Origin: Mayamaea pseudoterrestris
Taxonomy: Eukaryota
NCBI GenBank assembly: GCA_027923505.1
Contig: BROI01000023.1
Coordinates: 434,001-498,000 of the forward strand
DNA length: 64,000 bases
Direction of reading: 5' to 3'
The notes below the pieces were generated by a model, which worked only from the letters and a program-made list of their open reading frames with translations, did no database searches and was not told the DNA's origin. Made by a program: the position numbers and the translations under genes. This document shows positions 55,490-64,000 of the stretch, one piece after another (positions within the stretch are counted from its first letter, which is position 1; each line of letters begins with the position of its first letter).

Positions 55490-56122
55490 ATGTCATGGTT
55501 CAGCAGTTTTAACAATAGTCATCACGACGAAGAAGCAGCAATGGCATATCAGAGCGCAAATCACGACAATATTCCAGTGGCTCATGCTGTCGTTATGGCT
55601 CCCTCCGACAGTCAAGACCATGCTCGACCGCCTCCCATGAATCCTTCGCTGGCGCAACCCTATCGAGCAACGGCAGAAGTCGCTTCTTCTAATCCTGGAC
55701 CTTTTGCTTCAGCTCTCGATAGTCCGAAACAGCCGTCGCAGCAGCCTGTCAAGGGAAAGGTGATCACCACGAGAACCTACACGATACCAGCCGGAGCTCC
55801 ATCACCGCACCCCCCAACCAACCAGTACATGCCGCAGCAGACTGCAACATCAGCAAATCTGATTGAATTTACTCGCAATCCGCAAGTACTGGCGCAATGT
55901 CCGCAGTGCAGCGCCTGGAACGCTCGCACTCGCGTTCGCACCTATCCAAATTGGATGACGTGGGTATCCTGCGTCTTGCTCGTTTTCATCTTTTGGCCGC
56001 TATGCTGGATTCCATTGGCGGTGGATGCGTTGAAAAAGACGGATCACTACTGCTTGGCTTGCGGCAAGCTCGTTGGAAGCGTTCCTCCCTTTCGCAACAT
56101 GTGTGTCAAGTCGAGTGTTTAA
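55490..56122 (+). CDS. LITAF-domain protein
   Basis: Pro-rich N-terminus, CPQC, hydrophobic stretch (FWPLCWIP), DHYCLAC. Confidence 0.9.
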   Translation: MSWFSSFNNSHHDEEAAMAYQSANHDNIPVAHAVVMAPSDSQDHARPPPMNPSLAQPYRATAEVASSNPGPFASALDSPKQPSQQPVKGKVITTRTYTIPAGAPSPHPPTNQYMPQQTATSANLIEFTRNPQVLAQCPQCSAWNARTRVRTYPNWMTWVSCVLLVFIFWPLCWIPLAVDALKKTDHYCLACGKLVGSVPPFRNMCVKSSV

Positions 56123-56449
56123 ACCATATGAACAACGGCACTGTGCTGAGTCATTTTTGTATCGAGGACGCCAGAGCTCTGAAATCGAAAATAAACGGCA
56201 GATGGGCAATTAAAAAATTCACTATTATAGGCAACGCTTGCTATTGTGATATGACTTGACCTTACACAGATGAGTTGGCTTGCAAATTCTTACTTTCTTT
56301 TGCTCAAGTGGCTGTACGAGTAAATTATGACAAAACGATCAATTCATATCATTAACTTGATTATGGTGATGCCCTACACCAAATTCACTATAGTCGTTCT
56401 CCTACAAAATCTGCAACTGCATGGACTGACGAAGTCATCATGTTCCAAT

Positions 56450-57100
56450 CTATTCGTCATCTTGCTCGCTCGACTGCTGCTGCAGCAGTAACGCCTTTTC
56501 CCACTCGGTGAATGTCCTCGTCACTACCAATTCCTCAATGTGTAGTGTTTCCGGATTCACCAGAAACCTCGTCTGTCCCTCCACTGCCATTGGCTCGTAA
56601 TTGGGTGCAAGGTTGCAACTGCTTCCCGACCACGTTCCCGTTTCGTACCAGTGCGCCACCACCCAGTGCGGCTCGCTCCGTCCACACTCGGGTCCGTAGT
56701 AAAAGTCGACGCAACAATCGGGATGTGCCGCCACAAAGTCCATGCAGCGACGCACCAATGCAGTCGATGGAACCAGTTTGCCGTGGCAGCTGCTGCTGCT
56801 GCCACTTGATGCTGTGTCGTTATCGTTTCGCCGCAGCGCGCAAACGTCGTAGATTTTTGCCGCATCTCCAAAACAGCTGGCAATCATGGATGGATCCTTG
56901 TCGTTGACACCTTGAAAGTAGCGTCGAACAGTTTCCTCCATTTGTTGTAGTTTTGCAATGTTCATTGTTGCTGATGATGACGACGTTGCTGAAGCGGAGA
57001 ATGCAGCGGCTAGTCGAGTCGTTGCCATGATCATGCACAATAGAACAACGACACGCTTGACATTGAAAGGAGACAAGGCCTCTGATTCAGCCGCCAGCAT
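56450..57100 (-). CDS. SnoaL/NTF2-like fold protein, possibly plastid-targeted
   Basis: VRRYFQGVNDKD..IASCF, FVAAHPD, VAHWYETGTWSG, VEGQTRF; hydrophobic leader ending AAA-F. Confidence 0.7.
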   Translation of the reverse strand: MLAAESEALSPFNVKRVVVLLCMIMATTRLAAAFSASATSSSSATMNIAKLQQMEETVRRYFQGVNDKDPSMIASCFGDAAKIYDVCALRRNDNDTASSGSSSSCHGKLVPSTALVRRCMDFVAAHPDCCVDFYYGPECGRSEPHWVVAHWYETGTWSGSSCNLAPNYEPMAVEGQTRFLVNPETLHIEELVVTRTFTEWEKALLLQQQSSEQDDE

Positions 57101-57397
57101 GGTGGCTAGCAAGAGAAAACTACAAGGAAAAGTAAGGATGGGTGATGAAATCGTCAATCTTTATGGTGCCGCGAGTCGATGTCAAAATCTTCAAAACGTC
57201 ATCTACGTCACAGTGTACTCTTTAGCCTTCAGTGACGTCATAATCGTGTCACATGCGACAAAGCTTGACAATCGGAAACGGATCGAGGATCCAACATCAT
57301 CCACAACTTGCTCCGATCGACTCCAAAGGAAAGATCGCATCGCGCATCCCACCGATTCTCTTGCCTGACTCACAATCATTCGAATTCTTCTTGCACT

Positions 57398-58480
57398 ATG
57401 CTCCTACTCGTTCATTCACGTCATCGACCCTCTCATTTACTCGCCAAGCTTTCCTTTATCATGACGGCTGCTCCCTTTTCCTCCTCCACTTCTTCTGCAT
57501 CATCATCTCCGCATTCGCCATCATCCGTTGCTGCTCACGCATTCAGCACTAGCAAGAGCAACAGCATGGATGGATTAACGCAACAAGACCACGACGACCA
57601 GCTCCCATCGACGCTCCAGGGAGGCGCCGTTCGCGCCCTCGTTGAACCAGGAAGATGCCAGTTTGACGCGGAGGCAAAACCAGCGCGCTTACTGTCACGC
57701 ACCCAAGTGTCTCCCACCTCCTACTTGCTGCGGTTCGCCCTGCCCGATCAAAGTCAGCCGCTCCAGCTGACCACGTGCGCCTGCATTTTAGCGCACATGA
57801 CGCAAGACGATGAACAGGTGGTGCGTCCCTACACGCCCGTCAGCACGAATGCGCAAGTTGGTAGCTTCGATTTGCTGATCAAGGATTACTCCGACTTTGG
57901 CGGAGTCATGAGTCACTACTTGTGCAAAGTGATTCAACCATCAAGTAGCAGCAGCAGTAGTAGCAGCTCCGAACAAGGCGACGGCAGCGACTGCGTTACC
58001 TTTACGCATTCCGACAAGAATGTCAAAATATCGGCACACGACTTGATTGCCAAGCGTCACGTTGTCATGATTGCCGGCGGCACTGGCATTAACCCCATGC
58101 TGCAGGCGCTGCATGCACTGCTGGGCGGCAGCGACGGACCACAACGAGTGACGCTGCTGTATGGCAGCAAGAATGTCAAGGACATTTTGGCCAAGGAACT
58201 GCTCGACGACTGGGCCAAGATTCATGCGGATCGGTTCCATGTTGAATACGTATTGAGCGATGAGCCGGAGCAATCAGAGTGGCAAGGACGACGAGGTTTC
58301 GTCGACAAGGACTTGCTCAAGGAGCATTTGCCGGAGCAGCCAAGCAACGACATAAAAGTGTTGGTGTGTGGACCGCCGCCAATGTACGATGCCATTTGCG
58401 GTCCGCGCGAGGAAGCTGACAATGTCAAGGGTGTTTTGGCCGAGCTTGGCTACAAGGCGGAACATGTTTATAAGTTTTAG
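57398..58480 (+). CDS. NADH-cytochrome b5 reductase family protein
   Basis: VRPYTPVS, GGVMS, MIAGGTGINPM, VCGPPPM, C-terminal VYKF; start uncertain. Confidence 0.93.
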   Translation: MLLLVHSRHRPSHLLAKLSFIMTAAPFSSSTSSASSSPHSPSSVAAHAFSTSKSNSMDGLTQQDHDDQLPSTLQGGAVRALVEPGRCQFDAEAKPARLLSRTQVSPTSYLLRFALPDQSQPLQLTTCACILAHMTQDDEQVVRPYTPVSTNAQVGSFDLLIKDYSDFGGVMSHYLCKVIQPSSSSSSSSSSEQGDGSDCVTFTHSDKNVKISAHDLIAKRHVVMIAGGTGINPMLQALHALLGGSDGPQRVTLLYGSKNVKDILAKELLDDWAKIHADRFHVEYVLSDEPEQSEWQGRRGFVDKDLLKEHLPEQPSNDIKVLVCGPPPMYDAICGPREEADNVKGVLAELGYKAEHVYKF

Positions 58481-58621
58481 ATGATTACTGTATTAGATAA
58501 TGGTTAAAATTGCATGCTAAAATAGAACATAGTATACGAGTAGCGATATATTGCGCCATGGCATGGGCCCAAATCGTTACTCAATCCCAACTCTTCCAAG
58601 CGGCATTAGCTGAAGGCATGT

Positions 58622-58751
58622 CTCTACAGCATTTGCAATGTAACCATCTAGTATTAACCCGTTCGTTTCTTTCTCGCAGGAACACCCTCTACAGCATTTG
58701 CAATGTAACCATCTAGTATTAACCCGTTCGCTTCTTTCTCGCAGGAACACC
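58622..58751. repeat. 65-bp tandem duplication spanning the eIF2D stop codon
   Basis: CTCTACAGCATTTGCAATG...GCAGGAACACC at 58622 and 58687, one mismatch. Confidence 0.93.
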
Positions 58752-60668
58752 CTTGCGGCGAATAACTTCCACGCAACACTTTGGAACACGATACTTACTA
58801 TTCTGAGCGCCGCCATGAGAGGTCAAACTAGCATCACCAGTGAGCAGCGCTTCCAGCTCCTCCGCCAGATTGCCTTGAAACTGCAATTCGACATGATCCT
58901 TCTTTAACGCCTCTGAAGGCTCCTCTTCCATGGCGCCACTGCAGGCGAATCGCCGCGAAACGTCCGTGCAAAAACTTGCCGCATGAATCCCATAGTCTTC
59001 CATTCCTCGGACGCGCGTGACAAATTTGCGGTTTTGCCGGCACGTGACGGTAATGCGCACGTTGGGCGGTTTGCCTCGCGCCAGTGTCAGTACGCGATTG
59101 CCTGGCACTTGCACCAAGGCGTAGGCGGGTTTTAGTTTTGATAGCCATCGAGTCGTCAGCTCCGGTCGCGAAAGAATCGTCGGTGCATCCTGCTTACTTT
59201 GCTTGCCATAGAGCACGTCGAGCAATGGGCCATCCATGTTGGCATTGCCAGAATTATCCGGCGTGACTAAGTTTTCGCGCTGAAGATACTCGTCAATAAT
59301 TGCTCGAGCCTCCTTCATTGTAAGCATGCCAGTGTTTCGACGATCGTCACTCGTCGCATCAGCCGCCTTGACCACGTCGGGGTCCAGCCTCAGTAATTTG
59401 ACAATGTGAGGTGGAACCATGTACAAGTCAGAAACTACCACTTTCAATGTCGTGTTTGTTGTTGCGTTATCCACACCCAGCAACTTGGCTTGCTGGCGGA
59501 ACGACTTGATCAACGTATCTTGATTCGCGTTAAATCCCACTAGCATGGCCATGGGATCCTTCTTAGACGCATCTGGACCGACCAGTAGCAAGCCTTCCGT
59601 CACTTGCTCCTTGACGTAGGCACCGAATTTCTTCCACTTGGTTTGTTTTAGTTCAATGTGCGTTCCTTCGGGGCGATTGGGCAGAACGTGCTGCGAGTAA
59701 AACTTGGCCATGGTCATGGGCAAGTCGCGCTTTACTTGAAGCGTCGAAAGTGCTTTGCAGACTGCAGCATGCAATACGTCTTCGGGTGGCATTATTGGAG
59801 TAGCGGTTTCATCGTTGCTGACGCTCGTGGAGCTGCCGTGCTCTGGTGTAACTTTATTTGTAGCCACCTGATGAAACGGTTGCGCATTGTCAAGCTCATT
59901 GTCACCAGTCACGTCGCCCTCTTCAATTTGAGTCTGACAAAGTAATTTTCCCACTTCACTCGTATCTATTGCATCGTCTCGTATGCCTTCAGCCCTCGAC
60001 TCGTCGTCTACCTCGTTATTTTCGTCCTCGGCATTGCTTTCGTCTCGTTCATTGGCCAAGATTGGCACCACAAACTTGCCGTCGCAGAAACCTGCATTAC
60101 CATAGTGGCCGTCATTGTATGGAGCCCCGCCGCCAAGCAAGTCATTCGTCGGTCCATTGTTCGCTGGTGAGGAACTCGCGCCCACGCTTGTAAATTTACC
60201 AACATTTTGCTGCTTCCATATATCGTCACCGTAGCAGGAAACAATGTGCACGCCAACACCAGCGTTGGCTTGCTGCGTCTCGATCATTTCCATCAATAGT
60301 CCAACCGCCATTGGTTGCGGATTGTTTCTAACGTATACTAACACTGCCATGGAATCAAGCATGTCTTGTGGCAATGTCAATAGTCGCATACCAGCCCGCA
60401 TCAAATGAGCGCCTCGACAAAGGTATTCGGAGACGGCGGCGTTGTTCAACAAGACTCGACCAAATTTGATATAAGCTGATGGTATGACGCTTAGCAGTGC
60501 CATGGCCGGTAGTTGATGAATTATTGATTGTGATTTGCGCTGCAAATCTTGCTTCAGCACTTGAATCCATACGCATTGAGCATGCTTCGTATACGGCCAA
60601 GTAACTGATTGTGCATCTTTGTAATGATTGTCTTGTTCTTCGCTACAATCTGAAACTAGTGATTGCAT
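58719..60668 (-). CDS. eIF2D: eIF2D/ligatin-like protein (PUA, SWIB, SUI1); 5' end probably incomplete
   Basis: GAHLMRAG PUA motif, ELKQTKWKKFGAY, RQNRKFVTRVRGMEDYGI..RRFACS..LQFQG SUI1 motif. Confidence 0.85.
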   Translation of the reverse strand: MQSLVSDCSEEQDNHYKDAQSVTWPYTKHAQCVWIQVLKQDLQRKSQSIIHQLPAMALLSVIPSAYIKFGRVLLNNAAVSEYLCRGAHLMRAGMRLLTLPQDMLDSMAVLVYVRNNPQPMAVGLLMEMIETQQANAGVGVHIVSCYGDDIWKQQNVGKFTSVGASSSPANNGPTNDLLGGGAPYNDGHYGNAGFCDGKFVVPILANERDESNAEDENNEVDDESRAEGIRDDAIDTSEVGKLLCQTQIEEGDVTGDNELDNAQPFHQVATNKVTPEHGSSTSVSNDETATPIMPPEDVLHAAVCKALSTLQVKRDLPMTMAKFYSQHVLPNRPEGTHIELKQTKWKKFGAYVKEQVTEGLLLVGPDASKKDPMAMLVGFNANQDTLIKSFRQQAKLLGVDNATTNTTLKVVVSDLYMVPPHIVKLLRLDPDVVKAADATSDDRRNTGMLTMKEARAIIDEYLQRENLVTPDNSGNANMDGPLLDVLYGKQSKQDAPTILSRPELTTRWLSKLKPAYALVQVPGNRVLTLARGKPPNVRITVTCRQNRKFVTRVRGMEDYGIHAASFCTDVSRRFACSGAMEEEPSEALKKDHVELQFQGNLAEELEALLTGDASLTSHGGAQNSKYRVPKCCVEVIRRKGVPARKKRTG

Positions 60669-60686
60669 AAAACACTATAAGCTTGC

Positions 60687-63600
60687 TGTTGCAAAAACAA
60701 ACATCTTCTTCATCGTTTAACCTACTACTTGCGAAGTAGTCTTCACTGGTTACGAGCCCAAGCTACAACCTCAAACGTTAAACACTTCTTTTGTGACGCG
60801 ATGTAGGCGAATGGAGAGCCTGCGTCTTATGCGACATGGATCGTTATTGAATACCATGGCTAAAACGGGAATGATTGAAGTTGAAGTGTGTGACCAGTGT
60901 ACATGATTATTTAAGCCTATGACTAAATGACTACGGTGTCAACGGGCAAACAAGACAGTCCACGATCAAGGATTTGCCTCGAGTGGTTTGCTTTTTAAGT
61001 CAGTCTACTAGAAATTGGTTTGTTGTTTGCTTGTTGCTTGTTGTAGAGGGTTGATCGCCTTTATACTAGCTGCTCGCCTTCTATTGGACTGGTGCTATTG
61101 AATTACATCTTATCATTTTGCTCAATCCAACAACGGGACGCCGTCGTGAGCAATTCAAACTACCAACGAACGAAGACTTCTACAATTACTACAATGGGAC
61201 GATCGCCCAACAAGAAAAACAAAGCCGTCGCCGCAGCTGCCGAAGCTGAGGCCGCCGCCAACGTCGACGCTGCAGCCAACCAAGACGACTACGACAACAA
61301 GGAGCCCGAGCCAGATGCTCCTCCTTTATCCGCTCGCAACTCGAGCAAGGCCTTTACTCCAATCAAACCAGTCCATGGTGGACTCTTCACTACGCCCAAG
61401 GAAATTATTCCCTACACTGGCGGCAAACCCGAGCGCAGTTTCACCGAGTTTCCCCAAACGACCGACATACCAATGGAAGGCTGCCGCCGTCCAAGCGACC
61501 CCAAGGATTGGAAGAGTCGCACCAAAGGGCTTGATACTAAACTCTCCACAACAACAAACCTGTTTACGTGGGAGAAGGAATTTTGGCGACACCTCGTTCG
61601 CCACGGATTGGACACCACCCCCTACATCGCGAAAAACGAGACCACACTCGCTCCTATCGTCACTCAGTGTGGCAGATTCCCTACAGTCGAAGCAGTCCAA
61701 GCTGCTGTAGATGAAGTTTCCCCCAAATGGGATCCTTATGATCGTCGCAATGATGGCGACGCGGTCGAATTCCTGTTGAACTCTCTCAGTCAAGAGATCC
61801 GTCAACGCTTGGAGGTGTACACTCCAACAGACAAGCCCGAGTGCTTCGCCGTTACTTACTGGCGTGTGATTGCTATGGTACAGCAACACAATCATGATCT
61901 GCATCGGCGCCTCGAGAGGGAGGCGCTAGCCATCATGCCGCATCAGTTTCCTGGTCAAAACATTCACCAGTATTGCGCCAGCGTCCACAAGCTCATCTCG
62001 CAGCTTCAGAACGCCCAGGTTTACAACCATCAAACAACAGAGTCGCTCCTCCGCAACCTTCGAACAGCAGGAGGATCCTATAGTACAGACAATCCAGCCG
62101 CCACGGAATTCATGTTGAGTCTCTACGCATTCGAGCAAGCGTACGGGAAGGCGGTGACAGAAAGCGCTGAAATGGGAGCAGCAGAACGAGACATCTACAT
62201 GCTCAAGGCCAAGGCAGCTCCTCAAGACTTGTTCAAGGCAGCGGAGACCAAGTATGATGCCCTTATCGCTGCAAATGCTTGGTGGCCAGCCCGCCGCCCT
62301 CAGGACCGTCGCGCCCCGGCAGCACACGTCCTCCAAGTCAACACGAACCACTCGAACGCCTCTCGCTCTGATGGCGCTCAAGACAAGATTTGTTTCAACT
62401 GTGGAAAGAAAGGACACATCTCGCCTCAGTGTACTGAACCGAAAAGGGACGGTAGCAATCGCTCGGCTCCAAACTCGCCTAGAAACATGCCCAGTCACAG
62501 TCGCACCTCGAGCGGTCGGAATCCCTCTCGTCGTGGACCAAGTACTGGATCCTATGGGCCTCGAAGCACAGGCGCCAATCAAAACGGCCGCCCTTGCAAC
62601 AACAACAACAACAACAACAACAATCGTCGATCCACAAGCAATGGATCCTCTTCTGTCCCCAAGCTCTGGTGTGGCCATTGCAACCGCTGGGGGACTCATG
62701 ACACGGCTGCTCATAACAACGAGCAAACCAAAGTCCCAAATCCATCGCAGCCGCCAACTCTGAACCCGCGGGCGAATCTCGCCAATGTGTTTGACTCGCA
62801 TGATTGGGTGATGCCTAGCGCCTACTACGCAAAGCTTCCATCATTCAATGAGCGCTGGATTCCACCCGCAACAGTTGAGGCTCTTCAATTGGTTTGTTTG
62901 AAGACCAGCGAGGAAGAGCAAAACCTCGCCGCCTGCGTCCTGCCTCCGGATCTTTCAATGTCGCCATGGCATCTCGACTTGGAGGATGGAGGCGATTCCT
63001 TCAGTTCTTTCCTCAAGGAAGACGCTTATCCATCGCCGGTATACATCAAGGAGGCTCATTTGTCTCCTCGGTATGAACTTTCGCCTCGCCGTTTGTTTGA
63101 CGAGGCAAGTGCTGCAGTTGATACGCGCCCAGTTAGCGACAGTCTCCATGACTACTGGTTTGAAGGGATGTCTTGCCCTGGCGCTCCTTCTCCAGTGCCT
63201 TCCACTCCGCCTTTATCACCTAATCAACCAGATTTAAGGCTTCCGCGTATGCTTGATTTGATTGAGGACATTGATGGCAAAATCAAGTTCCATTTCGAGT
63301 GCATTGGCTCTGGCCCTTGGCCTCTCAATCCTCCTCGCACGATTCTGTTTAAACGCCTTCGCGCCATCAAGGGCGCAGGCTCTAAAGGCAGTTGCAGCAA
63401 TCAAAGCAACCACAGCTCTGCTGGCAACAATAGCGGAGGCAGTGACGAAGGCAGCAGCCTCAGCAGCCACAGCAGCAGCAGCAGCAGCAGTGTCGACTCA
63501 AGTGACACAAGCAGTCTTTCAAATGACATCAGTCTGGATAACGTCAGTACAGCATCTCCGCCTTGCAAGAAGCCATTTGCTAGCGGTAAACAGGCTGCTC

Positions 63601-64000
63601 TGGCCGCTGCTCTGTTCATGGCAAAGGGAGCAGACGCTTTCGGCGCTCCTGCGACAAGCTCTAGTCCTACCATGACTCAAGTCTTTCGCATGTTGCCGTC
63701 ATTCTTGCAGCCAACGCCTGCTCCAAGCGCTGCTGCAGTCTTTCCTTTTAATCTCCTCCCATCTATCCTTTAATTTGAAGTGGGGGAGTTGGTGGTATTC
63801 GCCTTTCTCCTTTGGTCGCTGACACTGGTCTTGGCGTGTGCCACCACTTGGTACTACATGAAGGCTCGCCGCCTTTCGCGCCGCCTTCAACGCCACTTGC
63901 GCAATTGCCATTGCTATATGGTTTTGCATGCGAATGGACGCTTTGGTTGTCCTGTGGACTCGCCTGCTGTTGATTGCGCGTGGCGCTCTGCTCGACGCGC
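60687..64000 (+). mobile_element. Probable Ty1/copia element family D (5' part; continues beyond window)
   Basis: PBS-like GGTTACGAGCCCA at 60748-60760 followed by a gag-like ORF. The 5' boundary is uncertain and no pol is visible in the window. Confidence 0.7.
61194..63773 (+). CDS. Gag-like protein with CCHC zinc knuckle
   Basis: HGLDT, AVEFLLNSL, CFNCGKKGHISPQC (CX2CX4HX4C) and a second WCGHCNRWGTHDTAAH finger. Confidence 0.8.
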   Translation: MGRSPNKKNKAVAAAAEAEAAANVDAAANQDDYDNKEPEPDAPPLSARNSSKAFTPIKPVHGGLFTTPKEIIPYTGGKPERSFTEFPQTTDIPMEGCRRPSDPKDWKSRTKGLDTKLSTTTNLFTWEKEFWRHLVRHGLDTTPYIAKNETTLAPIVTQCGRFPTVEAVQAAVDEVSPKWDPYDRRNDGDAVEFLLNSLSQEIRQRLEVYTPTDKPECFAVTYWRVIAMVQQHNHDLHRRLEREALAIMPHQFPGQNIHQYCASVHKLISQLQNAQVYNHQTTESLLRNLRTAGGSYSTDNPAATEFMLSLYAFEQAYGKAVTESAEMGAAERDIYMLKAKAAPQDLFKAAETKYDALIAANAWWPARRPQDRRAPAAHVLQVNTNHSNASRSDGAQDKICFNCGKKGHISPQCTEPKRDGSNRSAPNSPRNMPSHSRTSSGRNPSRRGPSTGSYGPRSTGANQNGRPCNNNNNNNNNRRSTSNGSSSVPKLWCGHCNRWGTHDTAAHNNEQTKVPNPSQPPTLNPRANLANVFDSHDWVMPSAYYAKLPSFNERWIPPATVEALQLVCLKTSEEEQNLAACVLPPDLSMSPWHLDLEDGGDSFSSFLKEDAYPSPVYIKEAHLSPRYELSPRRLFDEASAAVDTRPVSDSLHDYWFEGMSCPGAPSPVPSTPPLSPNQPDLRLPRMLDLIEDIDGKIKFHFECIGSGPWPLNPPRTILFKRLRAIKGAGSKGSCSNQSNHSSAGNNSGGSDEGSSLSSHSSSSSSSVDSSDTSSLSNDISLDNVSTASPPCKKPFASGKQAALAAALFMAKGADAFGAPATSSSPTMTQVFRMLPSFLQPTPAPSAAAVFPFNLLPSIL

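Noticed and set aside
60792..61107. TGTGA...TTACA 316-bp segment as the 5' LTR of D
   Set aside because: No second copy in the window and no recognisable PBS after it; the PBS-like motif lies upstream. Not fully excluded.
62596..62622. (AAC)n and (GCA)n microsatellites here and elsewhere
   Set aside because: Ordinary poly-Asn/Gln/Ser coding tracts.

Overview
This is eukaryotic nuclear DNA, most likely from a diatom (inferred from GT-AG introns, plastid-type signal peptides and CoDi-like Ty1/copia elements). Two gene-dense blocks (about 5.2-28.1 kb and 52.5-60.7 kb) encode a microbial-type PARG, two EGF membrane-protein paralogues, a Rieske protein, TOM40, SDS22, a giant XMAP215/TOG protein, GSK3, a PPR-like protein, a GGCT-like protein, a LITAF protein, a SnoaL-like protein, cytochrome b5 reductase and eIF2D. 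Between them is a ~24 kb repeat island: a 169-bp satellite with a perfect 9-1-9 palindrome in nearly every unit, followed by nested Ty1/copia elements of three families (A inside C, B cutting C). Another family-A copy sits at the left edge and a fourth element (D) at the right edge. Most notable observations: (1) A and B have primer-binding sites matching a tRNA-Asn anticodon arm, suggesting half-tRNA priming, while D has a half-tRNAiMet-like site; (2) element C has gag and pol in one frame separated by a single UGA-C, a read-through candidate; (3) the copia integrases carry a chromodomain-like module; (4) a higher-order duplication in the satellite breaks exactly at the palindrome; (5) the XMAP215 homologue has an ~850-aa N-terminal extension built from an unrecognised repeat. 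All calls come from reading the sequence only; no searches were run.
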